From assembly GCF_037042905.1 (NCBI RefSeq), contig NC_087254.1, forward strand, positions 8,680,001 to 8,744,000: DNA of 64,000 nt, given 5' to 3'. The stretch comes from Lytechinus pictus. Taxonomy: Eukaryota. Within the stretch, counting starts at the first letter, position 1; each line of letters starts with the position of its first letter. The translations under genes and the position numbers were made by a program. Positions 34,882 to 47,678 of this stretch are shown one piece after another. The notes under the pieces were generated by a model. It was not told the DNA's origin. It ran no database searches and saw only the letters and a program-made list of their open reading frames with translations.

Positions 34882-36191
34882 CACACAAAAAACAGAAACT
34901 TGCATGTGTTAGTAATCGTACTCAAATGTCAAAATAATTTTGACACTATAGCGACATACTTTGATGAGTACTTTCACTCAATGAAGGTACTTTGAAAACT
35001 CATCTTGTCGAGTATATTTCATTTGACACTATAGTGACACATCAAGTGAGTAAATTTGAATAACTCAATCTAATGAGTAACTTAACCCAGTGTAATGAGT
35101 ATGTTTAAAGTATATTTACTGACTTTTTGAGTATGTGAGCATATTACACACTTGATTAGTTTTAGCGATAATCTGACGATTAACTGCGCTGAGAAAATGA
35201 GTAGTATATGACTCTTGTATGTGAGTTTTGGGGTGTTGAGATCATGCATCCAAGTAATTTTACTCGGATCTCGTGTTAATTGCTTGCGCGCACACGTGAT
35301 ACCGGCCAAATGTGCAGAGCATGAAGACTTTTCTGGTAAGTTCTACATGTCTTTTTATTTATTTTCCCCCTTTTCTTCTATAATTACTTTTCTTGACAAT
35401 AATAGCTTAGACCTACATGTATGGGGCAAACATAAATGCTATTTATGGTGACAACAGGGTGCATTGATCTACATTCTCATCCATCCGAGGCTCACGCCTC
35501 TCGGTTTGGGTAACCACACACCAGCCCGTTGTTGCGCCGCTACCCCGGGGCCAGAAGGGAGTGAAGGCCAGTGTGCCGCTACGATTGCTGGAGTCATTTA
35601 TGAGGAGGGCAAATAAGTGACATCGTCCATGATAATCATGTTTAATTTTAAATTTATGTTTGCCCCATACATGTAGGTCTAAGCTATTATTGTCAAGAAA
35701 AGTAATTATAGAAGAAAAGGGGGAAAATAAATAAAAAGACATGTAGAACTTACCAGAAAAGTCTTCATGCTCTGCACATTTGGCCGGTATCACGTGTGCG
35801 CGCAAGCAATTAACGCGAGATCCGAGTAAAATTACTTGGATGCATGATCTCAACACCCCAAAACTCACATACAAGAGTCATATACTACTCATTTTCTCAG
35901 CGCAGTTAATCGTCAGATTATCGCTTTACCTGGCTGTGAGTTTTTTCACCCGTTCTGCTATCATACCTTACAAACTTGAAGAAAAACTCATTTGTACGGA
36001 TTGTTTTACATACTTTCACTGACAGGGATACTCAAGAAAAGTAGTTAATAAGTAATGTCCTTGAAAAAAAGATCAGGTGTAACAGAAACCCAGATTCTCG
36101 AGTAAAAACACATACGTTACGAATTTTTGCACTTAATTCTTTATGTAAAAAACAATTTTACTCATGGAAAATAGTTCTCGTTTTTTGTGTG
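34882..36191. mobile_element. CAC-terminated, TA-flanked non-autonomous DNA element containing a long internal inverted repeat
   Basis: TA|CACACAAAAAAC ... GTTTTTTGTGTG|TA. Confidence 0.55.
35164..35925. repeat. 274-bp near-perfect inverted repeat with a 214-bp spacer
   Basis: Arms 35164-35437 and 35652-35925; the ORF track gives identical peptides on opposite strands. Confidence 0.95.
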
Positions 36192-36430
36192 TATATATTG
36201 TTAAGAAATGTCTATTTTGATAGCACTTATCTGTTTATTTTATGTTGGGTGCCTGATTTTAAGATTTATTTTGTCTTCTTTGGCTCACCCACAATAATGT
36301 ACATTTCTTTGTATTATTTTTGAATAACTCGGTTCACTTTCCTTTCCTTTTCAAATGATTTGATTTACTGATTTGATTTGATTTACTAATTTGCATTAAT
36401 AGAGAGCAAAAGCTCTATATACTAGTATCA

Positions 36431-37360
36431 GCAGGGGCGTCGATCCGTTTTTCAGATGGGGGGGGGGCAAAATCATGAGTCATAAATCAACATTACAATG
36501 GCGCTCGATCGCACAAAACAAACTCACACACACACCCACACACGTATATATATATATATAAGCAATGTTGGTGATCCTTAACAAGACGCGTATATAACTA
36601 AATAATTACTGCGACCGCGAAAAAAAATTGTCATTCCGACCTAACAACTGGAAATTCTAGGCACTTTTTGTAATCATGAATATATAACTAAATAATTGAT
36701 GCGAGCGAGAAGCGCGAGCGGGAAATAATAGACAGACCTAAAAATGAGGACGCGCATTATTGGTAAATGGTATAGGCATTGGCAATGGTTAAGCGCATAA
36801 AAAAGAATCACCAGTCGTTCTTATAGTCGCTCTTAACTTACAAACAGCTTTATGAAACGGCCCCCTAGATTGTGGGCATTCTAAATACATTTCTTTATTT
36901 ATGAAAGTCAATAATGCACTATTTCAAGCACTGTGTAGGGAAATTGCGATGTGGATGTGGATCACAATGAATAAATGATGCGAATGCAAGGCGCGAGCTG
37001 ATTATTATTGTTATTTTTATCGAAAACCGGGATATTTTAAAGACATAATGTCATCCGATATGAAAATGATGAATATCTTCCTATTCCTCTTCCTAAGCTC
37101 GAGATGAAACTTGTCGATATTCCTATCTGAAAAACGGGACAATTTGATTATTAGGAATTCTTGGATATATTATTATCTTATTCATTAATCTAAAAAGCCT
37201 AAAGAGAGTGCGAAATTAGTTGAGATATATTTTAACAATCGATGCGAGCGCAAATCTCGAGCCGAAATTTTTTTATCAAATGTCATGGAAAGTGTTTTTT
37301 TTTTACGTAGTATGTTAGAATCAATTAAGATATACATAACTCACCTGGATCCGCCTGTGG
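36431..37360. mobile_element. Non-autonomous element rich in GCGAGCGCGAAGCGCGAGC; same family as 47716-49837
   Basis: CAGGGGCGTCGATCC ... GGATCCGCCTGTG ends and shared internal blocks. Confidence 0.55.
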
Positions 37361-39692
37361 AAAAGGGGTTTTGCCATTTTCTTGTTTATTCATTGGCAGA
37401 AAAGAATTCGATGCCTGGATGAGATTCCTGCGTAAATGTATGGCCCAAGTTGCAATGATAGATGGAATCATTTCCCGCGCGGAGCGCGCTGAGAAATCAT
37501 GATTTTGTACTGTACCATAGATGTAAAAACTCAATTTTATATTGTATTTGGTTAATTTGCTGAGTTCTGTGTAACATTACAATTATATTTTATTTTTGCT
37601 CTTACGGAATTATTGGGGGACGATATGATCATCCATCCTCAGGATGGATGATCATGTACTTTATGAATGTTAACAGGGTATATCAGAAAATAATCCAAGA
37701 TTGTTTTGTACATTCTTCTGAAGAACCTACCGAATCCCGCTCCGAGGGTGCTGCTCACGGTCGCTCTCTATCCAGGGATGTCAAGAATAAATTTGCTGCC
37801 AAGAGTTCATAGTTTAAGGACTTCCTATGAAATTTGGCAACTTACGAGAAGAAGACTGATAAAATATTTAGAACATTCAATCGCCTGATACTCAGAACCG
37901 TCGATCCTTGGTGCCGAGGATGAGGACGGCAAATTGACTACAGGCTGTTGTCAATTTGCCGTTCTCATCCACGGCATCAAAATAAGACAAGAAAAGCAAA
38001 TACTGAAAGTGTGCGTGTATTGCATTGTAAAATAAGACAAGAAAAGCAAATACTGAAAGTATGAGTGTATTGCATTGTATTGCAGGATATCCCATCAAAG
38101 TAAAAAAAAATATTAAAAAAAATAAAACTCCCACAGTTCATTCAAACACACTAAGTACTAGTTGTAAGCCTACGATCAATCTTATTCACATTTGAATGTT
38201 TCCTTTGCAGTAAGACTTACGGAGTTATTTACCACGTAACTATGTTTGAATGCTTTCTTTGCAATAATGCCTATATATATTTGTTTCAATTTATGCAGGT
38301 TTTGCGATGAATATTTCTCAATCGTGTGTCCACTGTTTCATATGACATCTTGAATATTTTTATTGTAAACGAACAAAATTAAATGTAAATTGAATATGAA
38401 ATCAAGGTTAAATATTTTAATATTCCGCAGCGCTTATTCTTTCTTAAGATGGTCGTCGCTGGCTTTTTTTTACGAAGTATAATTTTTTTATTTGCATTTG
38501 ATTTGGTTGGGCAATTCACATGACTGTACAAAATTCTATATTCATTTGTTGCACAAATGAGCATAATTGCACGGGGTGCTGCTATTGTACCAACCCCGAG
38601 GATTCAAATTTGAACTCCTATTTCATATATTGTGTATGACAGATTGTGTACTAGAATTTAATTTCGATCAAAATATTGGAATAGAACATGTCATTATAAT
38701 GGCTTAGCTTAGCAAATGTGCCTGTGGAAATTGATATTTTTCACTTTCTTCTAAAAAAAATTCAACGGAACTTACATCAATAGGTATATTGATATTTTCC
38801 ATGCATGGGAATTTCGACAAAATATTATTTCCCTTTTATTCAAGATACGATAAGATCATATTGTTTTACTTTTATTTCGATGTCTCTTTCGGGGGGATTG
38901 TATAGATTTAATCGTTTACTTTATCGAACGAAAGCAAAATGCTCTTGACGTGCTCTTTGATGTGGAGAGGATCAAAATTGATCTAGTTCATCGACGTCTG
39001 TGTTTGCAGCATTTGTATTCGAAGTATCTTCGAAGACAAACAAAATAAATAAACGGTCCAGTGTCAAATAATGATTTGTAAAACTTTGAAAGTAGTCCGG
39101 TGGCGCTACAGGGGAAATGGAAGAAAATGAAGAAAAAGAAAGTAGACAAACAAAACAATCATTTTATCAATTGAGAAACAAAAACTCGCTGGTAGATATT
39201 CATTGGATGGTCTTAATAAAATTATCCAACGACTCTTAAAAAGGTGATGAAAGCTGAGTGGATGGTGAGAAATAAAATGCCAAACGATCCGCACCCTCTA
39301 TAAAGGAAAATGGGGAAAATTTACAAAAAAAGGATAATTAAATATCAAAATCAATTAATTGAAAAAGAATAGTCACAGACATTAATGGGATGGTCTGGTG
39401 ATGCGTGATAACTGAATGATAATATGGTAGATTGTTGGTTGCATTGGATACAAAGCAGTAATATAAGGGTCACGTGTTCTATAAGTTGTATAAGATTCAT
39501 AATCAATAATGGAAGAATGAAAATAGTTTTGTAAAACATCCAAGCAGTATTTGTAATCAAAGTAATTGATTCACTGTATTCTCTTATTATGAAATGTGAA
39601 TCAGATTCACCAGGGGCGGCGGAGCGAATTTGAAAGTGGGGGGGCACAGGGAAAAAAGGCACCATTTCTTTCGAAAAGGGCACTATCTTAAA

Positions 39693-39930
39693 CATGGCCG
39701 TATGCAGAAACTTTCTCGCTGGGGGTAGCATGCGTAAACTTTTTGGAAAAACTAAAAAGCGAGGGAGCGAAGCAACCGAGCTTAACATTGAGGCGCTTTT
39801 GCATTTTGTCAAGTGAAATTAATGGATTCTGAGCATACTTTTTGTGATTTTTGTGAAAATCTGCAGTAAGATAATGTGAGTTTCCAAATATTTCAGGGGG
39901 CAATTGCCCTCCCCCCTGCGTACGGCCATG
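39693..39930. mobile_element. MITE with CATGGCCGTA termini and an 8-bp TSD (hAT/P-type)
   Basis: ATCTTAAA|CATGGCCGTA...TACGGCCATG|ATCTGAAA. Confidence 0.7.
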
Positions 39931-40079
39931 ATCTGAAAACAAAGAAAAATGACTTATCTACCCCACTCACATGACTCATAAAACTTAAGGCACGTATGAT
40001 TATTTTTACAAGTTTTTTTAATTCATTATGCACTTGCAGAAGGAAGCAGAACGGCGCTAAATAATGAAAACTAAATAAA

Positions 40080-41910
40080 GGAAAACTTATCTGATATGAA
40101 GAACAGGCACCTATGAGAAGGCAAAAGGGCACTTGTTAAAACACAACAGGTCCTTCTCGGGTGAAAGGGGCACAGAACACGTTCGTGGGGGCACTTTTCT
40201 TAGGTAAAAAGGGACAATAATACGAGAAAGGGCACCTATAAGAAGGCAAAGGGGCACTTGCTAACGGCATAAATAGGATCCGTCTCAGGTGAAAGCGGCA
40301 CAGGACATAATCGTACGGGGCACTTTTCTTGGGTAAAAAGGGGCACTGATTCGAGGAAAGGCACTTACAAGAATGCAAGGGGGCACTTGCTCGGACATAA
40401 AACGGCTCCTTCTCAGGTGAAAGGGACACAGAACACGTTCGTGAGGGACACTTTCGGGGTAAACAGGGGCAATGATAGGAGAAAGTGCACCTATAAGATG
40501 GCAAGAGGGCACTTTCTTACGGACTATATACAACGGGTCCCAGTCAGACTGCAGGTCCCAAGAAAGTGGCTTCTTTCATCCAAGTGATATTCATGACTTG
40601 AGATGTTTCGCATATTTAATGAGCTTGATGCGGACCAAAACACCTCTTTTTATTCGGTCATCGCTGCTCTAATTGTGCATCGAATTTCATGAATTTGGTA
40701 CCATTGTAAAGAAGAAGAATCATTCTTTCAGGTCATGTGTTTGGATTTATTCAAAGATTTTGTAATATAGGTTAAAATTTTGATCTAAAATATGCTACAA
40801 AATAAATATTTTCACCTGACAAAAGCTGCTATTTTCACACTTTATTTTTGTTTGAGCCCAAATGATTTTTATATCATGATAAAGCTGAATATGTATGCTT
40901 TGAAATGATCTAGGTTTCAAAATAGGAATTGGTTTAATCGGGTCAAGATCACACTTTTCATTTGCCAAGTACATAAAGCAGTTTGAAAACAAGAATACTG
41001 CACTCTGATTGGTCAAAGAGACCACACAATGGCAAATTCCAACGGTCCCAGTGCCTGGGTTCGTGGGAAGGTCACACTTCCCATGTGGTAATCTCCTCAA
41101 ATACCCCGCGCCTGTTGTTCTGTGAACCTTATCCAGCCAATCAGAACTCTGGATTTCTTGCAAGTACAAAATTTCAGAAATCTCGTCTTGTACCTTGGTG
41201 GGAAAAGTGTGATCTTGACCCGATTAAAAGGTGCCGCATATCAAGAGTGGCATTGTGAGAAAGTACAGAAGTTCAGCTTTATGGTGATATAGATATCATT
41301 GAGGCTCAAAATAAAAAGTTTTGCACAATTTGCAAAAGAAAACAGAGGAAGAAAATTCAGTTTTGAGGCACATTTTCAGGCCAGAAATTTACTTATTTAA
41401 CAAAATATTGTACACAAAATAAATGACCAATATGAAATAGTAACTTTTACTCTATCTGATGGTGCAATAATATTTCATTTAACTTGAGGTTAAAACAGGT
41501 AAATTCTTAGAGAAAGAAAATCTCACGAATCACGAGATTTTGCAAGGAGGAGGATTCAGCCACGAGATGATTTGGATGAATCTGGCCTTTTTGCTCATTA
41601 GCATAGGGACCTGCGGTCTGACTGGTCCTTTTCATGTGAAAGGGGCACACAACACGTTTGTGAGAGTGAATTCTTTGGTAAAATTTGGCACTGATACGAG
41701 ATATGGCACTTTCTCACACATAAAACGGGTACTACTTAGATGAAAATGGCACAGTACACGTCTGTGAGGGGGCATTTATTTTTTACAAAAAAAAATGACA
41801 TTTACGAGAAAGGGCACTTGGTAACACCTAAAACCGGTCCACTGCCGATGAAAGGGGCGCACTACACGTTCGTGAGGGGTTATTTTTCTTGCATAAAAAG
41901 TGCACTTTTT
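40080..41910. repeat. ~128-bp tandem repeat array interrupted by a DNA transposon
   Basis: GTGAAAG at 40161, 40289 and 40417; the array resumes after 41628. Confidence 0.75.
40541..41624. mobile_element. Non-autonomous DNA transposon with a 4-bp TSD (possibly Academ-like)
   Basis: GTCC|CAGTCAGACTGCAGGTCCC ... GGGACCTGCGGTCTGACTG|GTCC; removal restores the repeat unit. Confidence 0.8.
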
Positions 41911-42147
41911 CAGTGTTAAAAGTGAGGGGCATTGTGCCCCCCCCCCCCCAGGATCGCCGCCCCTGAGATAGTGGGATTGACAAATAGAAACACGATAGAT
42001 ATTCACATTATATACTTGAATTATCGGGATCGACTTGAGCCTCATCTCGTGCATAATATCCTCGTATACAAATACGCCTGTACAGGGGTATATGGTCTCT
42101 TTGTGCTCTGTCACAGTGTGATGGTTACTTTTTCGCATCTTCCTTAA

Positions 42148-42738
42148 AGGTCAAGTCCACCCCAGGAAAATGATGACTTGAATAAATAGAGAAAAATCAA
42201 ACTAGCATAGTGATGAAAATTTCATTAAAATCGGATGTAAAATAAGAAAGTTATGACATTTTCAAGTTTCGCTTATTTTTCACAAAACAGTGATATGCAC
42301 AACTAGGTGAGTCAGTCGATGTCCATCACTCACTATTTCTTTTGTTTTTTTATTGTTTGACTTATAGACCTACAATATTTCATTTTGTATAGATTTGACA
42401 ATAAGGACCAACTTGACTGAACCATATAGTATCAAACAATGCTAATTTCACATGTTCAGGGAGGAATCAATCGTTGTATCACTTGACAATGAGGAGAAAA
42501 TGAGAATATTTCATATTTCATATAATAAAATACAAAAGAAATAGTGACTAGGTGACGTCATAGTCACCTCATTTGCATACCAGCCAGGATGTGCATATAA
42601 CTGTTTTGTGAAATTAAGCGAAACTTTAAAATGTAATAACTTTTTTATTTTACATCCGATTTTGATGAAATTTTCAATGTTATGCTTGTTGGATTTTTCT
42701 CTTTTTATTCAATTCAACTTTTTGTTGGGGTGGACTTG
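42148..42738. mobile_element. Kolobok-type MITE (reverse-orientation copy at 56873-57457)
   Basis: TTAA|AGGTCAAGTCCACCCC ... GGGGTGGACTTG; right terminus damaged. Confidence 0.75.
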
Positions 42739-44459
42739 AGTTTAGAGCTATGCATAATTATAACCCAACTATATCCGGGAACTAATCACTAGACGGCGGA
42801 TATCATCGATCAAAGAGCGCATCGCGCGAATGCCATGATCGACTCCTTTCCCCTTTTCTCATCAGCACTCTTGATTTTCATTCCACTAGCTTGCTTTGTC
42901 CTTCGAATACAATGTACAATGTTTTAATTTCCAATACTCAGTCACACATTCCCTCACATTCACTTTTCAGTAATAAATTTATTCTCAATCAACACTGACA
43001 AGAGGGTCGAAAGAAGTGAGATGTTCACATGTATACAAAATTATGGAAAGTTTATGCATTTGACGTGCAGCATTTACACCAAAATTAAACCACAAAGCAT
43101 TTATGAATAGACTTACCGGTGTACTGTATAACGCCACTTTGCAGCTGTCTCAAAACGGCGGGAAACTCATCCTCCTATTGAAATTCCTCCAACGATGACG
43201 AAAATGGCGAATGTATAGAATGTCACACGTTTATCCATTACGTATCCATCCTGAGTAATAAAATATATTGCACCGGTTTTTGTTTAATGAAACAAGACTT
43301 CGCTTAAAGGGGAAGTACCAATTCCCCTGGGGTAGTAATCTAAATAAAGGCCTAACCCAGACATATATTGGTTTATGTCCTCATGAAAGAAAAATATAAT
43401 TTGAAGTAAAAGTTTTGAAAAAAGTCACATTTTAGCCATTTTATGTAGGCCTATTGCAGTCCTTGCCTTACATAATCACTAGTCTATGACATCACATATT
43501 CGGCCAAATTGAAGTCTCCATGGGTATAGTGATTACCAATTTTTACAACTTTAAAAAATTCATAACTTTCTTACTGTCAAACCTTCACCGGCCTATCAAC
43601 TTGTCTGATTTTTCTTTTGGTTGGATTACCATTTAAAGGGGTATTCCAGGATGAAAATAAAATGAACATGATAATTGTGATTACTATGAATAGAAAAGGA
43701 AAAATCGAACAAATTTCAATAAAATCAGGAAAGTATAGTTATAATATTTTTGGCATTTAAGTGGGTAAAAACAGTTCTACATGACCAGTTCATGAATCAT
43801 ATGCAATGAGCGAGCTGATGATGTAGTATCCCCACAATATCATTAGGCCTACGTTTGGTCAAATTTTTAAAGAGCAGCAGGCCCTATGAACGATTTTACT
43901 GGGGGTGCAGATGTAAATATATACTAGGTCTAGATCTAGTACTAGTATAGTTACATGGTCTAACAATCTAACTTTAAGAAAATTAAAGAAATTATTGAAC
44001 TGGGGGAGGCCTACGAGGACTACATTGGCGCATCCTTCGACAAAACAGGGGGGGGGGGGCTTTGGACAAAGTCAAAGGATGTGGTTCCCTGACGAGACGC
44101 GACCGCCTTCGCGATTTCGCCTAACATGAGACCTGGCGCCTCAGCTCTTCGGATGCCGACGAGTTCATGGATAGGCTGCGCGCGGCTTCTACCCGTCTCC
44201 AATAACAAGAGGTCCGCTTACGATGCGCTGCCTAGCTGCCCGCCCCGCATTTTCGCTCAAGATGCAACATGCATGCTCTTTAGAAGTTATATTACGTTAC
44301 ATCTAAATTAGAGATCTAAACTTACCTGTTGTGTTTATCCAACATTATCCTCTACGAACTGTTCGAATTCTCGATGATCAGAATATGGCCTTTATATGAC
44401 TAAAACTATATTTTCCGCATGATAATTCCTGAACTAGATACAATTCCACAGTTCATTTC

Positions 44460-44680
44460 TCAAAGTAGGTTTGACTTTCAAGATGGTGGCACTCAACTAA
44501 TTCCGCGTAACACGTTACGCCGGCCAGATCGACCGGCCGCTTCGAAGCTTCGATCGCGCCACGCCGCCGCGGCGCGCCGGTACGTACCGGGTAAAACCAA
44601 ACCACACGCACAGTCTCCGGTCAATACACATCACGAATTCAGTACTGCGCAGGCGTGAACGGAAATTGTTGGATTTCAAA
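44460..44680. promoter_or_regulatory. CpG-rich putative promoter
   Basis: Dense CpG in an AT-rich background; YY1-like CAAGATGGTGGC, NRF1-like TGCGCAGGCG, ETS-like CGGAAAT; strong minus-strand donor CAG|GTAAGT at 44326/44325. Confidence 0.5.
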
Positions 44681-44690
44681 GAGTATGATC

Positions 44691-47598
44691 CATAGAGATG
44701 TATACTAGTAACGCTAGAGGGCGTACTTCGTCAAATCGCTGTGATTACGTGGAGACCGTCCGCCATTGCTCGATAGGTATTCGCAGCCTGCCATGCGCGT
44801 ACAGTACCTATGGGGCATGTACACGGATGAGCACAGAACATGACAAATTGATGACATATGAGCACGAAAGCATATGGAAAAGCAAAATTGTAAATATTGC
44901 ACTGGATTAAAGTTCAAATACAACAAAAATCTAGCAAAACTGAGGTCAAAAGGCCTATATAGGCCTATCTATAGCGCATAATATAGGCCGATACAGCTAT
45001 AATACAGGCAAACGATTTAAAGTCCCAATTGTTTTTGCTTAGGTAAAATTTCGATACATTAATATGACTTCTATTTTCTAATGATTTGGAAGAGATGAAT
45101 ATCAAAAATAACATTTAGGCCTAGGTCCTGATAAATAAATTTAATGTGTTTTAATATGATTTGATGTACATTAACCTAAGAAAATTCATAGGCCATATCA
45201 CAGTGTCTGATGCATCTGAGACGCTGTATCGAAAAAAAAACCACGATTGTATTTTTATAGTTCATAGTTTCCTAATTACTATTATGCTGATTGCTGATAA
45301 TTTATTTCTTCACTTAAGATAATTGTTATAATTCATTTTCCATATATATCTACACAATAGGGCCTATAATAACTCGATCCCTTTTCCCCATGTCTTACAC
45401 GCTGATGTAAACCAACATCACAAAAACTCGCGAATCATAAAATGACTTTTTATTGATATTTGGAAATGATTTACGCATTGATTCAGTTAAAAATTGATGA
45501 TTTAGATTTCCTTTGCTGGCAACCATCCCATCATATTTATAAATATGTATATAAAAGTATACTTTCTTACTTGCGATCAATGTATAGAAAAGTTTGTTGA
45601 CAGCAAAATTTGCATATCAAATGCGCGCATGCAGTCGTACAATTTTGCAATGTACAGGAGGCCTAATGGGGGGTTGGATGTTTATGTACAGTGTTATTGC
45701 CTTGCAAACATTTTAAAACTTCGGAGAGTAAACAAATCACAATGCGCAAAACAATTTTACTTTGATTTTCTGGAAAGTATAGACTTGATTCTCCCCGGCT
45801 GAAAATATGCTGATCGGCAAACTGGCTGAAATATTTTGTTTATCGCCGTTGTTTCTGATCCTATAATGATTGGACCAATATCATGTGAACAAATCAAGGA
45901 TAGAATAATAAGGAGAGGAAGAAGGGGGAGAAGGAGAGAAGAAAAGGGGCGGGATTATGATATATAATTTGTATTATACTATAAAGAATATTATTACTAC
46001 TGCAAGAGTGTATAAAACTAATATCATGAAAGACATCAATGCAAACTTATCATAATTATGAAAACGGTTGCAAAATTGTGAGTACTAAAACCAAACATAA
46101 TTATGAAACAATAATATTGCAAAAGTGACAATACTTGGAATAAGATATTAAAAATCCTAATTTAATCTCAAATTTGATACCTGCCTTGAAATTGTGTTAA
46201 TTAACTGTGTCTGTGTCGCTTGAATAAATGAACTTTATGGCAAATATTTGTAAGCACTGGCACCGGCCTAACATATAAACAGATAAACACGCGTTTTGAA
46301 TATCCAGTTTTGTTTTTCATTTTAAAAGTATAACTGAATTTGATTTTCTAGTTTTCTTCCTTTAATGTCATCTTCTGGCCTATGGACCTGAGTTTGGTTA
46401 TTCGATCAGTTTTTTTTAAATAAGATTTCCATGGATGAACAAAATTATTATATTATGTTACGGCGTCGCGGAATGATTTTGAAAGTGATGGGGTGTATAA
46501 AATCACAATCATTTATTATGTGTAATGTTCATTTTCATTTCAGGGAGGGGTCCGGTCGCGCCCCCTGTATTTTATTTTGATCAGTATGTTAAAGCGAATT
46601 TGCTTAGGTGTGTTTGTTATTTTAATTGCACACACGGCCCCTAAAAAGCGAATTAAAACAAATCTAACTTAAAGTGAAGGGAATTAAAACTGTCATTTTT
46701 GAAAAGTTTGAACAAATTAGGCTATATTCTCGACATTTTAAATCAATATTTTATTTTCGGGCCATATAGGCCTGCAGATTTTGGGGAATTTATTATGTTC
46801 CTATAAGAACAAAATCAGCACGTTCACCAAATAACACAAATTTCAACATTGATGGTGTACGGGAGGCTCACCAAGAACAATAATGAGATGCCCTTTAATA
46901 GCGCATGTAGATCAAAACACTAACTTATACAGAATTATTGTACAACTTAATATATAAAAATGATAGGCCTATATTTCATACAAATTAAAGCAAGTTACAT
47001 ATCATGTAGGCCTATATAGAAATTACAAAATTATATCCAACATAAACATAGAATCAAAGGACGTATATGTGGGAAGGATGGAAGGAGGACGATGCAGTTA
47101 AAGGTAGGGAAATCCAGAGAAGGGCTAATTCACTGCAGTCTTTTGAATTAATTGTCAATCTTTCTATTAATGTCCGCTGTATGTTTTTATTTTTATATGA
47201 TTGTTTATATGATAGTATATCAACATTGTTATCTATTACAGGCCTATAAACGGACAGGTAAATGCAAATTATTTAGAATTTCATCCCGAGAAATCAGGTT
47301 TTTAAAATGCCAAATTAATAGCATAATCCCCATGTAATCACTCTAATAGTGTATTGAGATGCAATTTGTCATTCATATTTTCGATTTTTATGAGGTTGTG
47401 TTCTTTTCTTCAAGATAAAGGCCGGAGACGGCACCCCTTTTCACAGCGTTACAACGCACGAGCTATGGGTACATCCGGGTACTTTTGCGAATCTATACCT
47501 ATCGAGCAATGGCCGCCACGCTCCACACAATCACAGACGTTAAGTACGCGCGCCTATGGCGACTCCGCACTCTAGCGTAGTTAGTATACATCTCTATG
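44691..47598. mobile_element. 2.9-kb non-autonomous DNA transposon, P-superfamily-like (or hAT)
   Basis: Perfect 8-bp TSD GTATGATC; TIR CATAGAGATGTATACTA perfect for 17 bp and extending to 29 bp with 3 mismatches; no transposase ORF. Confidence 0.88.
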
Positions 47599-47678
47599 GT
47601 ATGATCGAACTAGTGGTCAATGAAACCTACATTTTTAATGTGCGAAGTAGCAGCCCCATACAACAAGGTAAACGTTAG

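Noticed and set aside
35082-36022. Duplicated small proteins (MYVSFG.../MAGITC...)
   Set aside because: Identical peptides arise trivially from the inverted repeat, several use non-ATG starts, and none has a recognisable domain
43167-43169. Selenocysteine codon
   Set aside because: No convincing SECIS found by eye in the predicted 3' exon, and no redox motif around the TGA
44015-44270. 7SK, RNase P/MRP, hammerhead or HDV-like ribozyme
   Set aside because: Only partial motifs (GGATGTG, CTGACGA); the required partner motifs were not found
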